Origin: Asterionella formosa
Lineage: Eukaryota
Direction: 5' to 3'
Assembly (NCBI GenBank): GCA_002256025.1
Contig: NKIB01013093.1
Location: 1 to 64,000 of the forward strand
Length of the DNA: 64,000 nucleotides
A program made the position numbers and the translations under genes. Positions 36,808 through 47,121 of the stretch are shown here, piece by piece. The first letter of the stretch is position 1; every line of letters begins with the position of its first letter. The notes below the pieces were generated by a model, which saw only the letters and a program-made list of their open reading frames with translations, did not search any database and was not told where the DNA came from.

Positions 36808-37793
36808 GGGCGCGCTCTGATGTTAAAAACCTATTATAGTATCATATGTATTAAAAAAAGGGTGCACCCATAACTCCAAAATTTTATCAACACAAACACA
36901 TATTTTTTACAGTTATAAATAACAGTGTATAATATAAGTATATATTTAGGCATGCAAAGACTATATATAAATTCCTGTAATATTTCAAGACTTGCTTGCT
37001 CATACCCGAAATGGCTTGCTCTTACCAAAAAGGATGTCGGTATGCATGTACATATCTATAAACATCAATCATCCTAAAGGTATCATCAATTGTCTGCTTT
37101 CAGTTTTGTTGTGATCATGTCTTCGTGCTGACAATCCACCTGTAATACAATCTTAGTGGTCGCACCAGCCACTATCAATTCATGTGAAATGTCTGCACTG
37201 ATTGATAACCATAAGTCGAAATGAAGAAACTGAGCGCATTATATCATTCTATAAATTTGATTTTTAACTTTAATGTCACTACATCGTCAACACTGCCATA
37301 AACTAAAATTCATTTGCTGTGCTTCTTGTAAATGAAGATACCTTTTTCACTACAGACCTTTGTTACTGTAGCATCCTTTGGACAATGGCGTCTGCATGGA
37401 ACTTATTTTCCAGACAAAACACATTCCACTGAGTTTTTCCGCTGGTACCTGGTCGTCTCCATCTACAAGCTGCAATACATTTGGATTTGCTGCCAATTGC
37501 TCTTGGCGGCTGTTGAAATTAATTTTCAATGACATCAGAAACTGGATTGATTCCACCTGCGTCCCCATGGGAATTGATACAACATTTTCGTTGAAAGTCG
37601 GGAATAAGTTGGGCTTGCTGACAATCGCTCTCACCTTGGATGAAATTGATTCTTAATTTCATCGAAAACTTGATTGATTTCACCTCCATACCTATGGGGA
37701 TTGATAAGAACTTGTCACTGAAAACCGGGAATACTATAACTGTTATATATTGAAGTTAAATTTATTTAAAACGGCAGATATCAGAGCGCGCCC
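36808..37793. mobile_element. Non-autonomous PIF/Harbinger-like DNA transposon (986 bp), 14-bp TIRs, 3-bp TSD ACT
   Basis: GGGCGCGCTCTGAT at 36808-36821 and ATCAGAGCGCGCCC at 37780-37793, with ACT on both sides. It interrupts a roughly 20-bp minisatellite (GAAATTGCTGACTATGAATA-like) also seen uninterrupted at about 35942-36005. Confidence 0.8.
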
Positions 37794-38390
37794 ACTATGA
37801 TTAGAAATTGCAGACTATGAATAGAATTTGCTAACTACTAATAGAGGTTACTGAGCGATATGTTAACTCTATAACCAAACCGTCTTCCAGTTCCTGCATA
37901 CTATCGCCTGTAGAAGTAGTTGAACACAATTTCGATGATCAGAAGGCGACTTCGATTTACTGAATAATTATTTAAAGGCACAGAAAGTTATTTAAGAGAG
38001 TTTGGAATGGAAAACCACCAGCCTATTTTTCTGGTAGGCATGGGACAAGTCATTGAGAGTGAGTGGAAATTGAATAAATGGGCGTAAAACATGCGCTATT
38101 GGGCCTTCTTGTTGGTACCAGTACCAGTTGTCAAAAGGACTTCCAACGTATAAAGTGAACTCCTATGTACCTGGTACGATAGTAGTAGGGAGTAACAGGT
38201 ACCAGGTTGTCCACATACCATCATTGTATGATAACAAAGAAAATCTGATCACATTATATACTACATCATATTGGAAGAAGCTACTGATATGCACAAATAA
38301 ATTAATATAGTGTCATCTATAAATATGAATACAGAATTAATATGTATATTGACTGCATGAAACATTTCAATTGCACGTCTTCTTCCTTGC

Positions 38391-39506
38391 CTAGTACATG
38401 GATATTTCCATTGCTTTTTTCATGTGCTCGAACCTGAATTGTTCACGAATAACACCGACAACATTCATGGGAACTTCTCGGTTCTGGATGGCACTTGTCA
38501 AAGTTGAATTAGAGGAGTCAAAAGCAGTGGAAGCGAATGAGATATTATCATCCAATGAAAACATAGAGAAAAAGTTGGGCTTGATGGGCTTGGTAACATC
38601 AGAAAGCATACTGATGTGTGTAATCAAGGCAACCAGTCCGACAATGATAAGGAGTCGTCGGGACCAGGAGTCAAAAGAGAATGCATGAAATGAAAGAGTT
38701 TTGGTTTTGTTTGGTCCCTGAAATGCAGCTTGAAGCCGAGTATGAAACCCTTTTTTCGCAAGGCGGACACGAAAAGCTGAAGTTATGGTGACAGCAGCTG
38801 TCGATTGTCGTTCCAGCTCTCCTTTAATAGTCAAATAGAGCTTCTTTTTCGCAAGATATACTCTCCCAGCATTTTGAAGAGTGGAAACAGCAGCTTGTTT
38901 CAATTCTTCCTCAAGAAGCGAATGGAGATTTATTTTGGCAAGATAAATTCTACCAGCATTCTGAATAGTGGAAGTGGCGGTGCATTTCAATTCTTCTTCA
39001 AGAAGCGAATGGAGTTTCTTTTTGGCTAGATGAACTCGAACAGCATTCTGAACAGTGGAAGCAGCGGCGCAATTCAATTCTTCTTCAAGAAGCGAATGAA
39101 GTTTTGTTTTGGTATGATAAACTCCAATAGCATTCCGAATGATGGAAGCAGCAGTACGTTTCAATTCTTCCTCATGAAGCGAATGAAGTAACTTTTTGGC
39201 AAGATAAACTCTAACAGCTTTCTGAATTGTGGAAGCAGCGGCGCGTTTCAATTCTTCCTCAAGAAACGAATGGAGTTTCTTTTTGGCAAGATAAACTCTA
39301 ACAGCATTCTGAATAGTGGATACAGCATCGTTGACTCTGTTGGGTAAGTCTGTTTCAATGTTGATTTGTAAAATTGGCTTCTCATGCAGGATGTTTGTTC
39401 TAGTGCTGTTTGATTTCTGGATACTCTCAACTGCAGTATCAAGAGCAACTTGAGCAATAACATATGATAAGGAAATCATGGCGGCAGTGAGAGCAACTCG
39501 AGACAT
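38391..39506 (-). CDS. IQ-motif tandem-repeat protein with C-terminal TM segment, 371 aa
   Basis: Six 29-aa units (AxSTIQNAVRVYLAKKKLHSLLEEELKxx; 87-bp DNA period) plus a seventh partial unit, then hydrophobic LLIIVGLVALITHISML. Confidence 0.8.
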   Translation of the reverse strand: MSRVALTAAMISLSYVIAQVALDTAVESIQKSNSTRTNILHEKPILQINIETDLPNRVNDAVSTIQNAVRVYLAKKKLHSFLEEELKRAAASTIQKAVRVYLAKKLLHSLHEEELKRTAASIIRNAIGVYHTKTKLHSLLEEELNCAAASTVQNAVRVHLAKKKLHSLLEEELKCTATSTIQNAGRIYLAKINLHSLLEEELKQAAVSTLQNAGRVYLAKKKLYLTIKGELERQSTAAVTITSAFRVRLAKKGFHTRLQAAFQGPNKTKTLSFHAFSFDSWSRRLLIIVGLVALITHISMLSDVTKPIKPNFFSMFSLDDNISFASTAFDSSNSTLTSAIQNREVPMNVVGVIREQFRFEHMKKAMEISMY

Positions 39507-40069
39507 GGTTTAAGTAATTAGGATGGATTAGCTGCGGAGATGCAGATACAAGATTGAAAAATAGTTACCGGTAGGCAGATTGATGTTACACAGAGGAAAA
39601 TCTTTATAACATGCATCCACAAAGTTCGGGAATTCTGTAAATTATAAGAGATCTGCCACCAATTCCTGATGGCATCCTTCACAATTATAATCACGGAATG
39701 TGTAAGTCATCATGAGAGAATGGTATACCACGTCAGCAATGAGTCCCGGTAGATACCTTGCAGGAAGATGTAGAAGGGTACCAGTTGCAATAGCACGACA
39801 GCATAATATTGAGGAACAAGAGGTTCCAGCAGGTAGTGTCTAACAGATGGGGTCGCTGCCGTAATGTAAGTTCAAGTTCAATTTTGTTGTCAAATACGTC
39901 AGAACGACGTCAGCAAGCAGGTTGACATGATCATTTTCGGAGCGAGAGTTAGACTACTGCTTACCGTACTGACTGGTAAGGAGTAACAGGCACTTTATTG
40001 TACAGTAGCTACAAGGAATTGTCAGAATTTAAGAAAGGAACCAGGTACCTACCACCGTGGTACTATCAG

Positions 40070-40156
40070 CAAGTTGCGGTCATTTTGCTTAAATAAACAA
40101 TTTAATATGGGATAAAAAAACTTAACTTTTAGTTTCAGCACAATCACTGCAACTTG
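40070..40156 (+). mobile_element. 87-bp MITE-like element with about 20-bp TIRs, copy B
   Basis: CAAGTTGCGGTCATTTTGCT ... AGCACAATCACTGCAACTTG. Confidence 0.8.
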
Positions 40157-40196
40157 TATGTACCAGTACCTACAAGGTAAAGTAGCAGGTACCAGG

Positions 40197-40845
40197 TGAA
40201 GTATCTAGCTAGAAGTAGTACCAAATCCTTCTGTGCAACTTTTTCTCTAGTCGACACCAAAGTAACCATATACAATAAGGGTTAGTCGAGTTCTCTCATT
40301 ATTGAGTTCTGATATATGACATAACTCTAACCCTGTATACATCTGTATTGATGCACGGGATCGCTCACTCTCCCAGCCACACCAAGGGAAAACCTTCTAC
40401 TCATGAAAAGGTTTGATGCGATGAAAAATAATTCGTTCCGTAATATGCATAGTTCGTTGAAAAGTAAATATACCATTGGCATGTACTTGATTAATAGAAT
40501 AAGGACCTCGTACATTGTCATTGAAAGTCGACTAGTACTAGGATTATCCAATAGGATTAAAAACTCGTCACCCATTTTGTAATCACAAGAGCGCCAACGG
40601 AAATTAGCACGACGTAGATATTCGTCAATTATCACTTGTCGATGTTGATTTATTAATTGCAAATCTGTAATCAAAGGAAATTTTAATATCATATTCCGTT
40701 GGAAAACCCATGCTCCTGGTGAAATACGCAATGAACTATAAATAGTCGTAGCTCAAGCTGCATATGATGCAGCTGCAAAACATGTATCCAAAATATTTTG
40801 AGCTTGAAATTCATTAATAGGAGAATGAGCCTTTAACATACACTT
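40197..40845 (-). mobile_element. Truncated Gypsy element: 3' LTR (40368-40197), PPT and integrase C-terminus; same family as 54266-58786
   Basis: Reverse complement aligns with about 58100-58786 (TGAGCGATC...TACTTCA LTR, GGGAGAG PPT, ISPGAWVFQRNM...DYKMGD integrase tail). Confidence 0.9.
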
Positions 40846-42185
40846 TGCTCCTGAAATGAAGGATCATCACATGATGACGCGGAAAACGAAAGTGATAATA
40901 CACCACAATGATACTTGCAGCTTAGAAGGAGTGACTACGGAGAAGGGCTGAATTGATTGATGGTAAGTCAAGAGCAAATGCCTTTCATGTTCCTTGTCAT
41001 GCATCCACTTCCTGAAATGAAGGATCTCAAGCAGCACATGATGCGAAAAACTGAAGTGACAAGACAACACGATGATACACCATGAGTGAATATGAGGGAG
41101 AAGGGAGGAATCAACACGCTGTGCATGGTACCATGTCAATAGCAAATGCCAGGATGATAAATTTTTGGGATTACAAATACGGAATTACTTGTCCCCTTTC
41201 AGTTCTTCAATAGCTCCTTTTCGATTTGGTGGCCAACCATCAATGTGAACAAAAGAAATCGGTAAGTGCTACCATCTTTGGATCAATCCACAAATGTTAG
41301 AAAAACTGACACATGTGTGTTGCTTCTTTCAGGCTAATGGTAAACAAACAGTATTTGTTAGTTAGAAACAGTAGCGTTGGAGCCTATTTATTGATCGATA
41401 CTTGCTTATTCAATCTTCAACTGACACATTCTTTTACAGAAATATGCATCAGTTACTTCCTCAATTTGTGGTATGTGAAGATAGAAGCGAAATGCATGCT
41501 ATTGTGTAAGCAAAACATGAACAGCTAACAATGAATTGCTTCTCTTTGTTAGTATGATTGGGATAACAAAACGGATTAAATAGTATTGGGAAAATGCGTG
41601 AATGCAAACTCAGATTCATCAGGAGTAAAAGAAAAGCAGGGGAACAAGGGCAAGAAGGCAACCAGTACTACTACAACAACCTTCAGAATTGGATTGGGGG
41701 GAAGGTGGAAGTGAAAGCACCAATCATTGCGATGAGAGCATTGTAGAAAATTCTGTAGCCACTCAAGATATAGAAGCATAGAACCATTCTAAAATATAAT
41801 TCTAAATTTCGATTCTTTTCATTCTATTTTAGAAAGTGATTTCGATGAAAATTATGATCATGTTAAGATGGATGTTTGACAAAAGTATACGCATCATAGG
41901 CCCATGTTTAACTAATGATATGATGCAATGGTATTATAACTATGAAAAAATCATCATACTTCACGCATCTTTTGTACTGCCTTTCGTGTAAGTACTTCAT
42001 GTCTTGGTTCATATATCTATGGAATCTTGAGCAGGTCATTTTGAAGTTAAATATAGATATGTAACACTATACTCCTTGTTCTTTACGCGACTAGAAACTT
42101 CGCATTATGAGAAGAGTCATGAATTCCTCTGACAGATGGTTTATGCATTTTCGGACACTTTTATACAAAAATTGTATTTTTTCCT

Positions 42186-42660
42186 AGTTTGCCCACCATA
42201 GCAACAGAATCAGTGTTACTATCCTGCCTTATTGATGCCATGGAAGATCGGGATGTGGCTACCATCAACATCCCCAGAGCTTTCATGCAGGTAGACATGG
42301 ATGATGTTGTCCATATGAAACTGGAAGGTAAATGGCAGAGCAACTTGTTTGTATTGACCCGAAACTATACCGCAAACATGTAAACATCGAAAAAGGAAAA
42401 CAAGTTTTATATGGGGAGTTGTAGAAGGTCTTGTATGGAACACTTAAGGTTTGCACTCCTGTTCTGGAAGAAGCTGACTGGTGAATTGAAGAAATGGAGG
42501 TTTGAAATCAACCCATATGACAAATGCGTCATGAACAAGATGGTACTAGATGGGAATCAATGTACCATTCTGTGGCATGTTGATGACTTAGAAAAGGTTT
42601 TGCATGTTGACGCAAACATGGTAACTGCGATAATCAATCAATTGGAGGCAGAATTTGGCA
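42186..42660 (+). mobile_element. Copia (CoDi-like) reverse transcriptase remnant
   Basis: Frameshifted PTIATESVLLSCLIDAMEDRDVAT.NIPRAFMQ...LYG...ALLFWKKL...INPYDKCVMNK...ILWHVDDL. Confidence 0.9.
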
Positions 42661-42860
42661 TTGATAGCTTATGCTTTGCTATGCATGTTGCTTCCAGATG
42701 GAAGAGTTTAAATCTTGATAATTTGACCTTTAAAAATTTGTTTCAGCTGTATCAAAAACTAGTTCAAGGTCCAAAGGGAATAAGAATTGTTTTATTATAT
42801 ATCGTTTGTTCATTTGTGCATCTATTGTAGATGTAGCTTTGATTATTATGTGGTTCAGAG

Positions 42861-43206
42861 GGAATGGCTTAGCTAGTGGATAAGCACATTGCCTTTGATT
42901 TGAAGTTGTGTGGCTTGATTCCCGCATTATTTTTGAGAAGTAATTGTTCGACTCCCACACTACTTCCCATTCCGCATGGTCTAGCCTGATGTGCAGGAAA
43001 TAGTGGGTTGCCTCCCTACAAGCAGCTTGTTGCGCTGCCTTCCTAGGTGGTCAGAGTTTCCCCTAACACTGCGGCTATGATGACCACTTTTCGCAAAAGG
43101 TGATTGGGGAGTCACCTATGCCAACAAAACTAGGGAAGCACAGGTCTTGTTGGCAGGTAGCACAATGAATACTTGCCAAAAGATAGGTGAGTAGGAATGG
43201 GCTAGC
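42861..43206 (+). mobile_element. tRNA-headed SINE-like element with highly structured body
   Basis: A-box/D-arm-like TAGCTAGTGGATAAGCAC, T-arm-like TGTGGCTTGATTCCCGCA, a second B-box-like GTTCGACTCC at 42946-42955, then many complementary segments (see findings). Confidence 0.5.
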
Positions 43207-43449
43207 ATAAAACAGAATATCATTTAAATATGAGGTTCAGTTTGTTAATGAAAATCTCTATGCTTCTTGCAATCCACTTTTTCTTCTCCATGGTTTCTGC
43301 TGTCCTACTACTACCTTAATTTTTCCCACTCTTGAGCCTGGGTTTCGCTCACAACAGTAAATGTTGGTGATCAAATGTACTGCACCCATGCTTGAATCTA
43401 ACTCTTGTCCTTTCTATTAAATAATAAGTTGTCCCGTTTTTATATTAGA

Positions 43450-44676
43450 TCATTCATACTTTGCTAGAGCTTTCTTCACTCCAATTCTGTATTGAAGCGA
43501 TGACCGGACTGCACCGTGACTGCTTGCCAACAATGTCTCGTCTTGATCCACAGTCGTTGATTGGAGTTGCTCTAGGCTTGCTTCACGGTCAACAATTGCA
43601 ATCGATCGTCCGGCAGTGGCTCCCTCTGCTAACCGTCGCTTTCCAAGAAGCTGCTGTGCAACAATTGCAAAAGCAGCCTCACCATCCAAGAATCCATAAT
43701 CCTGCAGAAAGCGATCGTTTCCTGCTACACCGCCACCATAGCAAATATTGATTTGATCACCAGCAGACACTGACTCTCCAGCCACCACCTTGAGCTCGCC
43801 TCCTGGTATGGCCCTTCCAGTCAATACATGTGGACTGGATCGATCATGATTGCACATGTCGAGAAAGGGAATCAGCAGTCGGTACGATTTGTTCTCCTTG
43901 GAGTCGCCTTGTACCGTCAAAACACGTGAAGTGATTAACCATGCAGCCCATCGAAGATGAGCTTCCTTTATTGGAGTTCCATCAACCCATGATGGAAACG
44001 CTTCATTTGTAGCAATGTCTTGATTAAATCGGCGTTTTGTCCGCTCTCGTCGCTTGGTTGTCTCCTCCACTATCAGAGGAGACTGCAATGCAGCCATGGC
44101 GTCATCTGGGAAGAAGTCGGTACTACCCATGCAGTCTTCGCCTTGAAAAGGAGGAAGCATGTGAAAGTACATAGATCTTCGGTCATTGGCCTCCGAGGGT
44201 CCGAGAGCGTTACAGTAGAGCCTCAACAATTCCATCCCAGGAAGCGTCGGATCTTCTCCTTCCCCTCCCAAATTAATTGCTAGCTCGTAAGGGATACGAA
44301 TCATGACATCGCCCTTTTTCATGTCCTTGAGTGCCACGACACCACGAAGAGTTCCGCCACCATCAGGCAATGGAAAGTATCCTAGCGCACATCGCTTTAA
44401 ATTTTCCCCCGCTCCGTTTTTTTCTATAAAGTCGTAAAATGCCATGGCATCCTTGGAGCGGTCCATATCGACAGCGCTGGTTTCGCTTGTTTTTGCAGAA
44501 GAACCGAATCCCTTGACTCCGGCAGAAGCGGGACCAGTCTTCTTCTTTTTCTTGTCATCCTTGGCAAAGCGGGGTGTGGATTTTTGAAATTTGGACGATG
44601 GGAAGGTTGCAAATCCATGTACGCATGAATTTGCCAAGCCAAATAGAAAAATGGCGGTGACCTTTACAGGTTTCAT
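43450..44676 (-). CDS. SET-domain lysine methyltransferase (Rubisco LSMT-like), predicted plastid-targeted
   Basis: Signal peptide ending VHG|F. Motifs RGVVALKDMKKGD, LIPFLDMCNH and ICYG...NDRFLQDYGF. Confidence 0.9.
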   Translation of the reverse strand: MKPVKVTAIFLFGLANSCVHGFATFPSSKFQKSTPRFAKDDKKKKKTGPASAGVKGFGSSAKTSETSAVDMDRSKDAMAFYDFIEKNGAGENLKRCALGYFPLPDGGGTLRGVVALKDMKKGDVMIRIPYELAINLGGEGEDPTLPGMELLRLYCNALGPSEANDRRSMYFHMLPPFQGEDCMGSTDFFPDDAMAALQSPLIVEETTKRRERTKRRFNQDIATNEAFPSWVDGTPIKEAHLRWAAWLITSRVLTVQGDSKENKSYRLLIPFLDMCNHDRSSPHVLTGRAIPGGELKVVAGESVSAGDQINICYGGGVAGNDRFLQDYGFLDGEAAFAIVAQQLLGKRRLAEGATAGRSIAIVDREASLEQLQSTTVDQDETLLASSHGAVRSSLQYRIGVKKALAKYE

Positions 44677-45310
44677 AGTTTCTCTCCTTCGACTTAGGGG
44701 GGAGAGTGGTTATTAAAAACTCTTGTGGAAGAGACTACTGATATTATGACGACAGAAGCCGAAGCATTCAAATGCAAGCACCGCCACACTTGTCGGGAGC
44801 CATCCAGTTTGACAAATGTCATAAATACAACCGGTAGCTCAATATTGAATTGGTACCGCTAGGTTCCTGGTACCTGGTACTACATAGCTATATAGCTTAT
44901 GATAGCCTATCGTATTACATACCGGTAGCTACATAGCTTATGATACCGGTAGCCTATCGTATCCTCTGCCATTAGCCAAATGTGACGCACCACGCTCAGC
45001 CATCAATCACATCCTCAGCATAAAAGCAATTCATCTACCAGTACCGGTACTTACCGGATGGATACCGTATGATGTTATGATAAAGATCTACCCCATACGT
45101 ACAGGTAGTACTGTTGATCATCTATCTTTATTTTCATACATGATTATACATATGCGTATGCAAACCATGTGCAGACAATGTGGATAGAGTAGACTACATA
45201 CCGGTACATGATAATATCTTCTTACGTACCTGTATTTACAATCAAAATCATTCTTTCCATGTTGCGACAATAACAGTAACAACAAGCGCAGAAACAACAA
45301 TGCCGAGACA

Positions 45311-46872
45311 ATGACATCAACTCTGATGACGACCATCACACTCACCCTACTCCTCTCTGTAGGAGATGCTGCTTTCACGTCTGCTCCTCGCATGATCGAG
45401 CAGCCCCGACCCTCCCGTCGAGCTGTTGTTGTTTCGTCCATCTTTGGAGGAAGTCTATTCGGAGGAGGATCCGTCGAGCCGAGCAAGGGGGCCACCAACG
45501 AGGTCCTCAAAAGTTCCCATGGTATGAAGCAACGCCGCTTGGGCGGGTCAGACATTCTAGTGAGTGCCCTAGGACTGGGCACCCAACGATGGGTATCGAC
45601 GGACTTTAACGCTCCCAACGAGCAAGAATGCTTTGCGTTTATGGACGAAGCGATTCTGAAGCACGGCGTCAATTTGATTGATACGGCAGAGCAATATCCC
45701 ATTCCTAGCGACGGAAGTCGAGCGAAGGAAGGAGATACAGAACGATGCATCGGGAAGTGGATGAAAGAACGGAAGGTGTCAAGAGAGAAAGTCGTGATTG
45801 CCACCAAGATTACTGGAGGGCGGAATGTCACGCCCAAGAATATCAAGGCTGATTGTGAAGGGTCCTTAAAGAGGTTGGGAACAAACTATATTGATGTCTA
45901 TCAGGTAAGTTCGTTGCAGGAATGTCATGAATTAGATATTGGCCTCGTGCTCAAGTTAATGTTTTGATGCATGTAGCTTCACTGGCCGCAAAGATATTCT
46001 CCACAGTCGAATTGGGGTCAATCCATGGCTTATAACATTGACAACGACAGCAACCCCTACTGGCGGTCCAATGGAGGACCAACCTCGTTTGAGGACCTGT
46101 GCTTGGCGATGGAAGGACTCATTCAAGAAGGAAAGATTCGGGGATGGGGATTGTGCAATGACAATGCATATGGTCTCACTGCCTGCACAAGGACTGCTAA
46201 GGCATTAGGAGTCACCCCGCCGTGTTCAATACAGGGTGATTTCAGTCTCATTGATCGCAAATCTGAAGAAAATGGAGTAGCTGAAGCTGCATCACCCTTT
46301 AATGAAAATGTTGGTTTCATGTCATGTACGTAACATAACTTGTCTCTTTTGTTTGTTCTAACGTCGGGATCAGAACCAGGAATTCACCAATGACTTTTTT
46401 CAATTCTCCAGACAATGCCCTCGCGGGTGGAATGTTGACTGGCAAATATCTGAGTGTCCCTTCCGCTTCAGACGATATTGGTGAACGCGCCAATGCTTCA
46501 TTTCGTCAACCTCGGGGTCGCATGGACACGCGTGGATGGGGCCAGACCCTCTATAGGTATCGAACTGACGCGGTCCAAGATGCGATACGGGACTATGCCA
46601 CAATTGCTAACGAGCACAAAATGACGCTCACGGAATTGAGTTTGCGATGGACACAGCAAAGATCCTTGGTAACGACGACGCTGGTAGGGCATTCGACACT
46701 GGAACAGTTGCAAGAAAGTTTAAAATACTTTACAATGAAGGAGCCACTCTCGGATGAAATCATGTGGGCCGTGGATCGTGTGCACATGAGAAATCGACTT
46801 CCTATTTTCAGTTCCAATAGAGTAGGATCAGATTGGTATGGATCGGGTGAGATTGGTGAACCGATTCCATAA
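45311..46872 (+). CDS. Aldo-keto reductase (Tas-like), predicted plastid-targeted; exons 45311-45904, 45977-46325, 46412-46872
   Basis: Two GT-AG introns restore LGLGT, IDTAEQY, IATK, IDVYQ|LHWP, GKIRGWGLCN and S|YNALAGGMLTGKY. N-terminal signal peptide ...GDAA|F. Confidence 0.93.
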
Positions 46873-47121
46873 GCAATTCTTTGCTGTTAGGATCGAAACA
46901 TTTTTAATTCAAGAAATGACCCATATCATTGCTACGGTTAGCAATGGGAGAATAATCACCTTTAAAAGTTTACCTAGCTATAGCAATACGAGTTGATTCA
47001 GACAGTGCCATTGCCAATTCGGCTTGGCCATCAGTCAAAATAGATCAAACTCAAGGCTACCCAAAGTCCAACTACAATACCTCACGCATGTATGGAGTTT
47101 GCCTCTGCCGAAAGAATAGTT

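Noticed and set aside
40849..41080. Two diverged direct repeats starting TCCTGAAATGAAGGATC (about 160-nt spacing)
   Set aside because: The repeats are real, but they are short, decayed and adjacent to TE debris, with no interpretable structure.
42861..42935. Functional tRNA gene
   Set aside because: The acceptor and anticodon stems do not pair and the T-loop is degenerate, so it is treated as a tRNA-derived head.
43057..43070. CCCTAAC as a telomerase RNA template
   Set aside because: Only 7 nt of match, and the helix order does not fit the template-then-pseudoknot layout. It is retained only as part of the unexplained structured element.
45118..45846. Long antisense ORFs (also 14019-14609, 47092-47643, 32705-33076)
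   Set aside because: They are shadows of well-supported genes on the opposite strand.
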